DNA of 64,000 bases, taken from assembly GCA_028826165.1 (NCBI GenBank), contig JAPDFW010000059.1, positions 1,426,001 to 1,490,000 on the forward strand, given 5' to 3'. The notes below the pieces were generated by a model. It did not search any database and was not told the DNA's origin. It was given only the letters and a program-made list of their open reading frames with translations. Every line of letters begins with the position of its first letter. Position 1 is the first letter of the stretch. The position numbers and the translations under genes were made by a program. Shown here piece by piece: positions 1 through 14,100 of the stretch. The DNA is from Anaeramoeba ignava BMAN (lineage: Eukaryota > Protista > Anaeramoebae).

Positions 1-3000
1 TTGTAAAGTTGAAAAAACAATAACATCACTTGTTGCTCCTTCTCCATTTTGATTTGTTGCTGATATTTTGATACTATAATTTCCTGAATAAATATTATTA
101 AGAATATAATCATTTATTGAAGGTGATGGATTTCCTTCTAAATCAATTAAAATTTCATTCCAAAATGTATCACTTGTTAATTTATAATATAAATTATAAG
201 AAGTAATATCACTTCCTCCATTTCCTGGTTTTTCCCATTCAATTCCTAATGATGTTGATGTTGAATTAATTAATGAAGGAATTAATATTTTATCTGGAAT
301 AGTTGAATTATCAGTTGAAATTGTTGCAATATCACTCCAATAATAAGACCATCCAGCATCATTATATGCTTTGATTTCAAAATCATATGATGTTTCAGAT
401 TCAAGATCTCCAATAATACAACTTAATGATGTATTCATTATATTAATTACATCTGTAAATATTGAATCATTACTTAATTTATATTGAATTTTATAAGCTT
501 TAACTTCATCTCCACCTTGATCATTTGGAATAAACCATCCTAATGTTATTGAAGTTGGTGAACCTGAAATTTTATAAGGTTTATTCATAATTCCAGGAGG
601 AGAAGGAGGATTAGTATTCATTATAAATTCAGTTCCATTATTTGAAAATCCAACTGAATTATTTGATTGCATTTTGATTGTATAAGTTCCTGAAAGTAAT
701 GAAGTTAATGTATAATAAAGATTTGTACTAAAAAGATCAATAGATTTAAAATCTTCAGAAGGTGTTGCATTTTCATATTTATACCAAATTTTATATCCAA
801 TAATTGTTGAACCTCCATTTGATGGTTTAATCCAAGAAATTGAAATTGATGAAGAAGTTTTTCCAGTTTGTGAAATTGAATTAACTGGTGATGGAATTGT
901 TGATGGATCAGTTTCAATAGTTAAATTATAACTTAAATCAGATTCAGGAGTAATTGAATTCAAAGCACGAATAGCTATTGTATAATTTGCATAAATCAAA
1001 TTAGGAATTGTTGCTTCAAGAACATCAGGAGAAACAAGTTGATAATTCCAATTTGTTTCAGGAATTTTCAAAAAAGCAATTTGATAATTTATAATTTCAC
1101 TTCCACCATTTGATTGAGGAGCTGACCAATTAATAGAAATTGAATCACCAGTATGATTAATTTCATTTAATGAAGTAATAACAGAAGGACAAGTTGCTGG
1201 ATCAGTCCAAATCGAAAAATCAGATGAAAAATCTCCAATAAATAATTCACTTTTTGCTCTAACTTTAACAATATATTCACCAGAAAGAATTGAAGTAATA
1301 TGAAATGAATGAATATCAACTCCAAAACTATAAGTATTCCAAGTTTGATTACCAGCTTTATGAAACCAAAGATCATATCCAATTAAAGGAGATCCTCCAT
1401 TTGAAGCATTTCCCCAAGTTATACCAAATGAAGTTGAAGATTTCCAAGATAAATCTTCAGAAATTGAAGGAGGAGAAGGAGGAATTGCACTTAAAGTACT
1501 TGCAGCAGTTTCAAGTGTCCAAACTCCAGTTCCTATTTATTTTTTTTCCAATATTTATATTTTAAATTAATTTAATTTGGAAATATAAATAATAAATCAA
1601 AATAATAAATAATCATATTTAAAATTTAATTTAATAAATCATATTTAAAATTAAAATAAATTAAAATTTTGGGAAATAAATAAATTGAAAAAAATAATAA
1701 AATCAAAAAAATAAATAAAAATTTAATTTAAATAATCATATTTAAAATTTAATTTAATAAATTAAAATAATAAATACCTTCATTATTATATCCAACAACC
1801 TGAGTTAAATAATTTCCTGAATATAAATTACTAATTGTATATTGATGAACATCTCCAACAAGAGTAACTTCAGTCCAATTACTTTCTCCATAAGGTGTAT
1901 ATTTAACTTTATATCCAAGAACTGAAAAATTAGGAGGATTTCCCCATAATAATCTAAATGAAGTTGGAGTTTGTGAATCAAAAGTAGGTTGTGACATTTG
2001 AGTTGGAGTACATTCTGTTTTACCATTTCCTGAATTTGTTGTGCCATTTGGACATGAACTACATCCTGTATTTCCTGTTCCAGTATTATAAGTATTTTGA
2101 TTACATTGAGTACATGAAGCAACATTTGTTGATGTTGAATATGTTCCTGCAACACAAAATGGACAATTTGGAGTTGGAAGAGATGAACCAGCAAGACAAA
2201 CACATTGTCCATTTGGTTGACAATTTCCTCCATTATAACAGTCGTTACAACTTGACATTCCATTTCCATTATATTTACATGAGCTCGCATATATATTTTC
2301 TTGACCACTTCCAGTATTATCAACAATAACAACATTTGTCCAACTGAAATCATTATCAATCAATCCTAAATCTCTGTTGCAATATAAACCACCACCAGAT
2401 GAAGAAGCATAATTATCTTTGATTAATATATTTGTAAGTTCTGTTGAACATAATCCATTATAAATTGCTCCTCCTTTACTTGCACTATTATTCACAAATA
2501 TACTATTTTTCAGTACTGGATACCAATTCACAATCAAACAATAGAATTGAATTGCACCTCCTATTTTGATTTTTGATTTAAATTTGATTTAAATAATAAA
2601 TAATAGATAATAAATAATAGATATTAAATAATAAATAATAAATATTAAATATTAAATAATAAATAATAAATAATAAATAATAAATAAATACCTTTATCAC
2701 CACTATTACAATTTTGGAATGTAAAACCATCAAACAAAGGAGAACTTGAATCATGAACATACATACATTGTCTTGCATTTCCTCCATCTAAAATAGTTAC
2801 ATCAGGTCCTCCAGTAGAAACAATATACCACCAAGCATCTTGTCTATTTATTGTTTGAGAAAGATAATAATGACCAGGATAAACACAAACAGTATCACTA
2901 TTTCCACTAACTGATAATCCTTGTTCGATTGTAGCACATGCAGTTTGATATGATTCACAATTATTACCATCACTTCCAAATGATTGAGCAATATATTTTG

Positions 3001-3160
3001 TACATGTATAACTTGTATCATCAAATTTATAGTTTGCTAATATTCTTTCTAATTTTATCACTTCTTCATTATTATTTGGATTTGTTTTTGAAGTTGAAAT
3101 TGAAAATATTGTAAATATTAAAGTTATTCCAAAAAATATTATTAATTTTGGGTTTTTCAT
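1..3160 (-). CDS. Secreted/surface protein: signal peptide, GGAI-type right-handed beta-helix repeats, EGF-like and Cys-rich (TNFR/GCC2-3-like) modules, then multiple fibronectin type III repeats; 3' end runs off the window
   Basis: Exons 3160-2692, 2560-1778 and 1532-<1 are joined by GT-AG introns (2691-2561, 1777-1533) in consistent phase. Motifs: MKNPKLIIFFGITLIFTIFS signal, NNSASKGGAIY, CYNGGNCQPNGQCVC, CVAGTYS...CNQNTY, and FN3 signatures such as W...SNGGSPLIGY and L.SG.Y. Confidence 0.85.
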
Positions 3161-3719
3161 TTCCTTTTAATTAATTTTGTTTTTGTTTGAAATTTTATTA
3201 GATGTGTATGTTAGATTAAGGGGTTTTTTTGGTTAAATCAAAAAAAAAAAAGAAACAAGACCAAAAAAATCAACAAAAAAAAAATGATCATAAAAAAATT
3301 TTTTTCACTTCTTTTTCTATCAAGGAAATTTTTTTTTTGTGGTTATTTTAACTATTTTGAGTTATAATTTTTTTTTTTTATAAATGAAAATGAAAAAGGA
3401 AATTTCAATAAGAAAAAAAAATGAAAAAGATCAAACAAAAATTTTCATAATTATGATGATTTATTTTCTACAATTAAATAGAAAAAGAGAAAAATAAAAA
3501 GATAAAATGGCAAAAAAAAAATTTTTTTGATGAAAGGTTTTTTTGAGAGAAAAGGAAAATCTATTAATATTTCTAAATGAATTTAAGTTTAAAATAATTA
3601 ATTATTTAAGTGAAAATTTTAATTATTTGAAAAAGAAAAATTTATTTAAAGATCTTTTTTTTTTTTTTTTTTTGCCATTTTAAAATCAAGAATGATTTCA
3701 ATTTTACCATAAATTTAAA

Positions 3720-4305
3720 TTTAAAATCAAAATCAATATCAAAATCAATATTAAATATTAAAATCAATAATAAATATTAAATATTAAATATTAAAATTAA
3801 AATTAAAATCAATATCAAAATTAAAATCAAAATCAAAATCAAAATCAAAATCAATATCAAAATCAATATCAAAATTAAAATCAAAATTAAAATTAAAATC
3901 AAAATCAAAATCAAAATTAAAATCAAAATCAAAATCAAAATCAAAATCAAAATCAAAATCAAAATCAAAATCAAAATCAAAATCAAAATTAAAAATAAAA
4001 ATCAAAATTAAAAATCAAAATTAAAATTAAAATTAAAATTAAAATCAAAATCAATATCAAAATCAAAATCAATATCAAAATCAAAATCAATATCAAAATC
4101 AATATCAAAATCAATATCAAAATCAATATCAAAATCAAAATCAAAATCAAAATCAAAATTAAAATCAAAATCAAAATCAATATCAAAATCAATATCAAAA
4201 TCAAAATCAATATTAAAAAAATCAAAATCAAAATCAATATTAAAATTAAAATCAAAAATCAAAATTAAAATTAAAATTAAAATCAAAATCAAAAATAAAA
4301 ATCAA
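3720..4305. repeat. (AAAATC/AAAATT/AATATC)n hexamer microsatellite in a divergent intergenic spacer
   Basis: Directly visible; it generates the spurious IL/FD ORFs. Confidence 0.95.
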
Positions 4306-4378
4306 TATTTTTTTCATTTTTCATTTTTCATTTTTTTCATTTTTTTCATTTTTTTCATTTAAAACAATTAATATTAAA

Positions 4379-7300
4379 ATGTCAAGTTATGATCCCCCTT
4401 TTAAAATACCTCTTTCAATGAGAAGATTGAAGAATTGGGTATGGAAACAATATTCACCACTTGTTCTTGTAACAACAAGTACAGATGCAGAAGAAATTTG
4501 TCAAAGAAATGGATTAAGTTTTGTTGAAATGATCCGACCATTTGCAACATTAAAAGATTCAGTTTCACGAGTTCAATCAATTCAAAATCCCTCAGAATTT
4601 CAAAAATTACCAAATTTTCATATCCGTTTTTTACCTCTTGAAGAAATAAGCCCTATTGATTCTTCGGAAGTTGAATCAAGATTTAATTCAATTTTGCAAC
4701 AATTTTCAAATAATGGAAAAATTGATTCAACTTGGCCAATAAAGAATATTCAGTCAAACCTATTTCAAATTCCAAAATGTTTAAATTCCAAAATATTTCA
4801 ATTATAAAATATTTCAATTATAAAATGTTTCAATTCCAAAATATTTATTTAATTAAAAATATTTATTTAAATTATAAAATATTTATTTAAATTCTAAAAT
4901 ATTTATTTAAATTCTAAAAAATTTATTTAAATTATAAAATATTTCAATTCCAAAATATTTATTTAATTTCCAAAATATTTCAATTATAAAATATTTATTT
5001 CAATTATAAAATATTTATTTAAAATTCCAAAATATTTATTTAATTTCCAAAATATTTATTTCAATTTCAAAATATTTATTTAAATTCAAAAATATTTAAA
5101 TTTCAAATTTAAATTTTTAAAAATATTTATTTCAATTCTAAAAATTTATTTTATTTAAAATATTTATTTAAAATATTTATTTATTTAAATTATAAAAATT
5201 TATTTCAATTTCCAAAAATATTTATTTAAATTTCTAAAAATATTTCAATTCCAAAAAATATTTAAAATATTTAATTTCAAAATATTTCAATTCAAAAATA
5301 TTTATTTAAATTCTAAAATATTTATTTAATTTCCAAATATTTATTTAAATTATAAAATATTTATTTAATTTCAAAATATTTATTTCAATTCCAAAAAATA
5401 TTTATTCAATTTCTAAAATATTTATTCAATTTCAAAATATTTCAATTTCAAAATATTTCTTTAAATTATAAAATATTTATTTAATTTCTAAAATATTTAT
5501 TTAAATTTATTTAGTCAAGGATAATCCCAATCCTTGGTTTCAACCTTTACGAAGAGAACTAATGAATTCTCTTCGTGCTTTGGATTTTGAAACTTTAAAT
5601 CATCCAGTTAGTGTTATATCTGTTGTTAGTAGTGAAATAAAAGATCCTTCTAAAGTTATTGATTCTTTAACTGAACAATTTGATCTTGGAAAACCTCCTC
5701 AATTTATGAAAGAAAATAATATGAGTGTTGATATTATTAGATATATTGTATTGGTTCATGATGTTGCTGAATCTGATATAAATCAGTACAGAAGACTAAT
5801 TTAATTAAAATCAAAATCAAAATTAAAATCAAAATCAAAAATCAAAAATTAAAATTAAAATCAAAATCAAAATCAAAATCAAAATTAAAATTAAAATAAA
5901 TCAAAATTAAAATCAAAATTAAAATCAAAATCAAAATCAAAATCAAATTAAAATCAAAATTAAAATCAAAATCAAAATTAAAATCAAAATCAAAATCAAA
6001 AATCAAAATCAAAAATCAAAATTAAAATTCATATTTAAATTTAAAATTCCAAAAATCAAAATTTTTCAAAATCAAAATCAAAAAAAATCAAAATTATGGT
6101 GGAAATAAAATTCAAAACTTTATTAATCAAAAAATAATTCAATAAAAATATCAAATCTTTCATTAAAATCAAAAAACTCAAGATATTTTAAAATCGAACA
6201 TTTTATTCCTTTTTCAAAGAAAAATTCTAAAGTAAAATTAGGATGTCGTTTAAATAAAAATGATATCACTGCTTTAAAATCAAAAATTAAAATTTCAAAA
6301 GAGGATTTGTACTCAAGATTTTAAATTCCAAAAATTTTATCAAGAAAAAGATTGAAAGAATACCAAAGAAATTGCTGGAAATAAAATTACTTGAAAAAGT
6401 AATGTGTTTTAAATTCAATCCAAAAATAAAAATCAAAATCAAAAAAAAAAAATTCAAAAATTTCAAAATTCTTTTTCAAAAGAAAAATCAAAGTAAAAAA
6501 AATGCCAAAAATAAAAAAAAATCTTTAAAATTTTTAAGAGGATTTAAAATTTTTAAAAAAAAAAAATTAAATTGCTGAAATAAAAATTGCAAAAAATTAA
6601 AATCAATCAAAAATAAAAATAAAAAAATCAAAATTAAAATCAAAATTAAAATCAAAATCAAAATTAAAATTAAAATCAAAATTAAAATCAAAATCAAAAT
6701 AAAAATCAAAATAAAAAATAAATCAAAATGAAAAATCAAAATTAAAATCAAAATTAAAATCAAAATCAAAATTAAAATTAAAATTAAAATTAAAATCAAA
6801 ATTAAAATCGAAATGTTTTTATAGAGCCAAAAGATTTCGTCTATTCAAACCAAAAGGAAATGATATAAAAATCACAAAAACATACACAGACACATCTGTA
6901 GAAATGAAATATAGACTTTTAGCAGATTATTATTTTTTCTTAAGAGATTTTCAAGAAGCTTCCAATCAATATAAAATAGCATCAAACTTATTCAAGAAGC
7001 ATCAATCTTGGAATCACTATTTAGCATGCCAAGAAATGATAATTTTAAGCTCAATTTTTGCAAGACTGACAATTGATGAAAGTACAATTGAATCAGCAAT
7101 TTTAGCATCAGAAAAAATAACAAACAACAATTTAAAAATTCGTTTATATTGGAATTGTGCTGATGTTTTAAAAATGAAGGAGGAAAAAGTCAGCAAAGCG
7201 GCTGATGTTTATATTTCAGCCTCAAAAATACAGGATAATTTTTTTGCACCTTTATCATTAGAACAATCAGCGTTCTGCTATTATAATTCAAATCCAATAC

Positions 7301-10233
7301 AATTCAGAAAATATATATTATATTTGATGTTAGCCGGGAAAAATTATGGTGATTTAAATTATCATTCTTATGCTATTCGTTGCTTGTCAAGATGCTTGAT
7401 TGGTTTGGAAGGATTTCAATGGAGACTTGCTGAGGATCATTTAAATCATAAATTGGCGCGCCATTCTTTTTCCCTAAAACAACATCAGCAAGCAATTACA
7501 CTTTTTAAGAAAGTGTTTTTAGACTCAAAACAACAAGCTCATATGCAATCCGTTTTTCTTACTGAATTCCAAGATTTTTTCCAAGAATTCCAGAAATTGA
7601 AAAAATATAAACCAATCATTGAAAATTTTCAAGCACTTTCAATTGATTTGGAATCTATTCTTATTTCTTTAACAGATGATATTTTCCCTCAACTTAAAAA
7701 CACTCATTTATTTCCTCAAGAATGGATGAGATTGCAAGAAGATCTTTTAAATTATATTACAACAAATTTAATTAACAAAAAAACAAAGCAAGGAATAAAA
7801 ATTGGAAATCAAAATCAAAATGAAAATCAAAATCAAAATCAAAATGAAATCAAAATTGACATGCAATCAAATCAAATGTATAATTTTACAGGACTCAATT
7901 CAACATTCCGTTTTTGGAATCAAAAAAACGAAAATAAAGCACAATCTTTCATGAGAAGATCTACTGTTGTTAGTGAACCAATATCCATTGATTGTGTTCT
8001 TCACAATACCTTGAAAATAGAACTTCAACTTTCTCGAGTACATATTGTTGCTACTTATATGAAAGAAAGAGAGAAAAAAGAAGAAAAAAAGCAACAAATT
8101 GAAATGACTGAAAATGAAATTAATACTGAGTTAAATGAAAATATCAAATCAGAATCAAAATCAGAATCAAAATCAGAATCAAAATCAAAATCAAAATCAG
8201 AATCAAAATCAAAATCAAATCATAAATCAAAATCAAAATCAAGATCAAATCATAAATCAAAATCAAATCATAAATCAAATCATAAATCAAAATCAATTGG
8301 AGATACGAAAAAACATCATAAAAAGGATCGTAAACAAATTCAATTTGAAGAAAGAGAAATCACTTTAGAACCACTTGAATATCGCAAAATTACACTTAAA
8401 ATAACACCTTTAAAAACTGGAGTTTTAAAAATTCGAGGAGTTCATGCAACAATTTCCAATTCATTTTCAACGCTTATTGAATTTATTCCCAAAAAGTATC
8501 GGAAAAACAAAATACATAGATCATTTGAACTGATTGTAATTCCAGAAATGCCACTTTTAGAAGCACAAATTGAAAACTTACCCAAAAAAATATTTCAAGG
8601 AAGCGAAACAACAGCGATACTGAAACTTACAAATAAAGGGAAAATCCCGCTTCATAATGTTTATGCGAAAATCGGGCGTCCCAAATTCTTTGTTTTTGGA
8701 AGAAGAAACGAAATGGGAACGAAAATACCGAGATTTTATGAACAGAACGAAGAGAAAAACAAGAATGAAGAAAAAACAATTTTTTTGGAAGAATCAATGA
8801 TTTCCCGATTAGTCATCTCAGAACGCAATGTGGTTAAGATTGATACAGACATTATACATCCAGGAGAAACAGTGAGTCTTCCTCTATGGTTTCGAGGAGC
8901 AACCACAGGATCTGTTCCATTCCCATTTTGTTTCTATTACGAGAGTTCAGATCCAAATCCAATGATGCAATTCCGCATCCATCGATTACTTGCTAAATCA
9001 CAAGTTTTGCAGTCTCTGAAAATAAACACTGATCTCCAATTCAGTTTCACCTCGATATCCCAAAGAATATTAGTTATGAAAATTGAAAGTTATTGTAAAA
9101 ATCACACTTTGAATATTAATCAAATTTCTTCACTTTCACCTGAATGGATTATCGAGCCTTTAAATTTCAAAGAGAGTAGTGTTTCCAACAAAATGCAGAA
9201 TCCAGAAACCAATAAAAAACATCTTGATTTGAAAAAAAAACATATGTTTTCACTTGATTCAGAAAATCAAGCTGTGGTTTTAATATGCAAAATCATTCCT
9301 TCAAAAAAAGTTCAAATGCAAAATAGTAAAAAAGAAGAAGATCAACTTTTCAAATTTATTGTCCGCGATCTTTGTTTGCATACAAATGCGCCTGTTGATT
9401 GCTCACAAATACCTCATATCAATTTTTTGCAGCGAGAGAGACTATTCAGTTATTCTCGCTCGTTATTATTTGATAGTTCACACAATTTAAACCAAAGAGA
9501 AAATAAATATGAAATGCAAAAATCAATATCAATATTAAATCAAAAGAAGAAATCATCAGAAAACGAGGATCCAAACAAGCAGCAAAATGAATTGCATCGA
9601 AAAATGAGGAAAATCATGAAGGATCATCAATTGGATCTTGTGTTGATGTGGGAAATTGATGGGAATTATGGACAGCATAATATTTGCAATATTGAATTGA
9701 CAACAGAAATTTCCACTGTAATTTATACACCTCGTTTTTTCTCCTCTCTCGTAAAGGATAAATATTTCAACCAGATAATACAGTTACAACTAGATGCTCC
9801 AAATTCATTGATTCATGATTTCTCAAAATCACCTCTTCTTTTATGTTCTGTTGTTCTTCATATTAAAAATAATTCGCAATTCAATTTTAAATTGGATATT
9901 TCTCCAGAAAAAACAAAAAAGAGAAGAACTTTTCATAAAAATTCATCCATAATTGATAATTTTAATGATTCAAGTTTTTTTTGGATTGAATTTTCCAAAT
10001 TTCAAATCAAAGAGTTTAGAGCTTATTCTCATATTCAAGTTCCTTTGCAAATTTGCTTTACAAAAAAAGGTGTTTTCAATATTCATAATTTTTATGTTCA
10101 TGCTTTACCATTTATTTCTGAAGAAATTCTTTTGTCAGAAAATATTAAAATGAATCTTTTTGATTTGAAGAAATTTGAAACTGAAATTAAGTTTCATGAT
10201 ATTAATGAGCATCTTATTGATGTTTCTGATTAA
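4379..10233 (+). CDS. TRAPPC8: Trafficking protein particle complex subunit 8 (Trs85)
   Basis: N-terminus has EEICQRNGLSFVEMIRPF, then PWF, FETLNHPV, VLVHDV, YRLLADYYF, LEQSAFCY, RKYILYLMLAG and W..AEDHLN. Exons are about 4379-4778, 5515-5785, a garbled middle exon near 6090-6400, and 6825-10233. The first donor is uncertain. Confidence 0.9.
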
Positions 10234-10369
10234 AAAATAAAAATAAAAACAAATTATTTTTCTTTGTTCCACTTTTTTTTTTAGTTCTTAAATTTCATTT
10301 GAATTGAAAAAAGAAAAAAGAATAATTTGAGAGAAAAAAGAAAAAAAGAAAAAAAGAAATTATTTTAAA

Positions 10370-11130
10370 TTGATATTTAAATTAATATTTTAATTAATAT
10401 TTGAATTAATATTTAAATTAATATTTAAATTAATATTTAAATTAATATTTAAATTAATATTTTAATTATCTAAATTATTATTTTAATTGATATTTAAATT
10501 AATATTTTAATTAATATTTTAATTATTATTTTAATTAATATTAAAATTATTTGAATTTGATATTTTTAATTTGATATTTTAAAATGTTTAAATTGATATT
10601 TAAATTGATATTTTAATTGATATTTAAATTAATGTTTAAATTGATATTTAAATTAATATTTTAATTAATATTTAAATTAATATTTTTAATTAATATTTAA
10701 ATTTAATATTTTAATTATTTAAATTAATATTTAAATTAATATTAAAATTATTTGAATTTGATATTTTAAAATGTTTAAATTGATATTTAAATTAATAATA
10801 TTTAAATTAATATTTTAATTGATATTTAAATTAATATTTGATTATTTAAATTGATGTTTTAAATTGATATTTTAATTAATATTTAAATTAATATTAAAAT
10901 TATTTGAATTTGATATTTTGAATTAATATTTAATTGATATTTAAATTAATATTTGAATTAATATTTTAATTATTATTTGAATTAATATTAAAATTATTTG
11001 AATTTGATTTTTTAATTTGATATTTTAAAATGTTTAAATTAATATTTAAATTAATATTTAAATTAATATTTTAATTATTATTTGAATTAATATTAAAATT
11101 ATTTGAATTTGATTTTTTAATTTGATATTG
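10370..11130. repeat. AT-rich degenerate minisatellite (ATATTTAAATTA-like units) between convergent genes
   Basis: Directly visible tandem units. Confidence 0.85.
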
Positions 11131-11133
11131 AAA

Positions 11134-14100
11134 TTATTTAAATTTATAGAATAAAGGCATAATCTGTCTTGTTTCTCTTGTTTTGACAATCTCATTTATC
11201 AATTCATGATTCAAGAATAAAAGTTGCAATTCCTTGATTCTTTGTTCATCCAAATAAAGAACTTTTCCTCTTCTAATTCCAACATCAGTTTCATGATATT
11301 TGTCTTTAAAAGGAGACATAAGAGATAAAGCTCCAAAATTATTAAGGAAAGTAATCAAACCTGAAGCATATTTGCCGTTTATACTAAGATAAATACCATG
11401 ACCACCCATTGTCTTTGAATGAATGGAAACAGAATCAGCTTGTTTTAATTCTTTTTCTTTTTCTTTTTCTTTTTCTTTTTCATCTTGAATTGCTTTTTGA
11501 GATAATTTGGGATGAAGATCCACAATTTGCCCAGAAATCAAACACATTCCGGCTTGTTTGGGAATGGAATGACCATCAACTTCTGAATTGAGTTCGTATT
11601 TACGCCATAATTCTTGGAAAGTTGGAGGGAATTCATGGAAGGAAATTGGATTGCAAATAGAAAGTAGAAAAGATGATTTTGTGGGAGAAGATATGGACAT
11701 AGGTGCCCATTTGGAATAGATAGAATTCCATGATTGAGGAGGTTGAGTCAGAATTGAGAGAAGTGATGTTGGCAAACCGAGTTGTTTAGCAAGAGTGGAA
11801 AATTCAATTGAGTCGAAAATGAATTCTTGAGTTGATGAACTTTGATTGATGCAAATTTCCGAGAAGAGATAAAGTTTTCTCAGCGAAGGCACAAGATATT
11901 GTTGCAGACGAGAAGCAAGCTCGTCAATTTGTAAGGGTTGATTTGCATTTGTCATAGGCAATGATTCATTGGGTGAAATATTCGCCATTTTGAATAACGG
12001 AATTTTTGCAACTGAATTTTCAAATGTTGATTTGTCGGTTGCCATTCCAAATGTAGTTAAGGCTTGATATACCAACGCTGGGAAAATCAAGCGGCATAAA
12101 TGAGTAAATTGTGTTTTGGAAGGAAAGCTTTTGGGGAATAGTGATGATAAAGAAACAACTGCTAAAAACATATTGGAGTTTTTTGGATGTGAAAAATATT
12201 TCTTCATTGATTCTCCATTTGCAAGGAAATTGAATAAAGACGAACGGAAGTAGTTTCTTGTCATCATACCAGTTTGGTTATGTCGGCCAAATAAAGAGGA
12301 TATTCTGAATAAAGATCTCAAGAAGAATTTCTGAGTGGATGTAATTTTGGAGTTTTCTTGTGTGCGTGTGGATACTTCAAGTGCAGACAGACTTGAAGCA
12401 AGAGAATTCCAGAGAATAATGAATTCAATTCTTGAAGGAAGTGATTTTGCAAGGAGTTTGTTTGTGGAATGGAAGTATGTCTGAGACATGAATGCGTCGA
12501 GAGTTTCCAACAGTTTTTCATTTTGTGGAGAAATAAAATCGTAATTTTGAGATAAAATATCGAGAGAAGAGATGGAATCTGAGAAGAAGTCTTCTATTTG
12601 ATCAATAGAGGGCAGTTGTGTTTCTTGGTCTAAATTTGGTGATGAATCTGTTGCTTTTTTGTCAATTTCTTGGAAAATTTCTGATGGAATCAATGGGACA
12701 ATTAAGTTTGCAATTTTTCTGTCAAGAGAACAAAGAAATTCTCCTTTAGTGATATTTGTGGAATTTGCTCCAAGAAAGCTATTTCCTAAAGAGAACATTT
12801 TATTGATTGAACTGAAGTAATTTTGGTAGCAATCGTAGTGAATGATGTGACCACAGCTTGATAAGAAAGGGCTAGGAAGAATTTGTGAATTGAAGAGTTC
12901 AATTGCTTCTTTATTTTCTTCTTTATTTTCTTCTTTATTTTCTTCTTTTTCTTTATTTTCTTCTTTATTTTCTTCTTTTTCTTTATTTTCTTCTTTTTCT
13001 TTATTTTCTTCTTTATCTTTATTTTCTTCTTCTTTATTTTCTTCTTCTTTATTTTCTTCTTTATTTTCTTCTTTATTTTCTTCTTTATTTTCTTCTTTTT
13101 CTTCTTCTTTGTCTTCTTCTCGATAAATTTGATTCGAATACTCAAATTGATTTTGTGCAATTTCACAAAGTTGTGAATGTTGAACAAAAGAAATCAAACA
13201 CAAAGGCTTCTCAAATTGAGGAACAGGATCTCTACACAAAACACATCTGATTGAAGAAACTTGTTTTTCATAAGGAAGAAGGGAAAATTCAGGATCGAAA
13301 ACACCACTTGAATCTGGTGGGTTTTCATCGCCATGTGATTTGTGATCATGATCATGATCATGGTCATGATCGTGAGTTTTATCTTGCGTTTTTAAATCAG
13401 AAGATTTGGTTTCTTCTCGGGAATTTGTTGATTCAGCACCAGAACTTTTTTGAGAAGAATTATCATCGCCAAAATCATCCTTAAAATTTGATTTGAAAGC
13501 CTGTTGTTTCTTTAAAAACTCTCGTCTTAAACGCTCTTGCTTCTCTCTTGCAATTCGTTTCTTTTCTTCCCATTCATTGTCTTCTTTCTGTTGGAAATCA
13601 GGGAGTTCAGAAGCGATAATTTTCTGTGCGCGAGTGTTTTTTTGAGATATTAATTTCAGGATTTGCTTTAAAAGTTCGAGATTGTCTTTGTGATTTGGAT
13701 TGTTATAAACAGAGATGATCAAGGAAAGAAAGCTTTCTTTGCCAGTTGGAGTGTTGACCATATGGCAGAAATTTTCGGTCAGACTTTCTGCGCTTGGAAA
13801 TGGAATCTGGAAAGAGTTTGTGATTGGCTCCTTGTCTTCATCATCTTGCGAATCAGAATCCATTTCGTTATTTTGGGACAAAATCATAACGTCCATATCC
13901 TCAATGGTTTTCTGATCAACTTGAAGGGAAATATAGATGAAATGAAGAACAATAAGAACAAGAAGATCTGACGAGCGATAGGACTCTGCGACAGTGTTAT
14001 GAAGCACTGTGAAGAGGATCTGATGGAGCATGTGTGTGGAAAGTATTTTGGTTAATTTTTCGAATGCGGGATTTGTGGGTTTCAGACTCGGAAACGGAAC

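Noticed and set aside
3777-4292. IL/FD/KI/FI-repeat ORFs here and at 6488, 16751, 17836, 35747, 43166, 46889 and 50456
   Set aside because: They are translations of stop-free hexamer microsatellites in introns and spacers.
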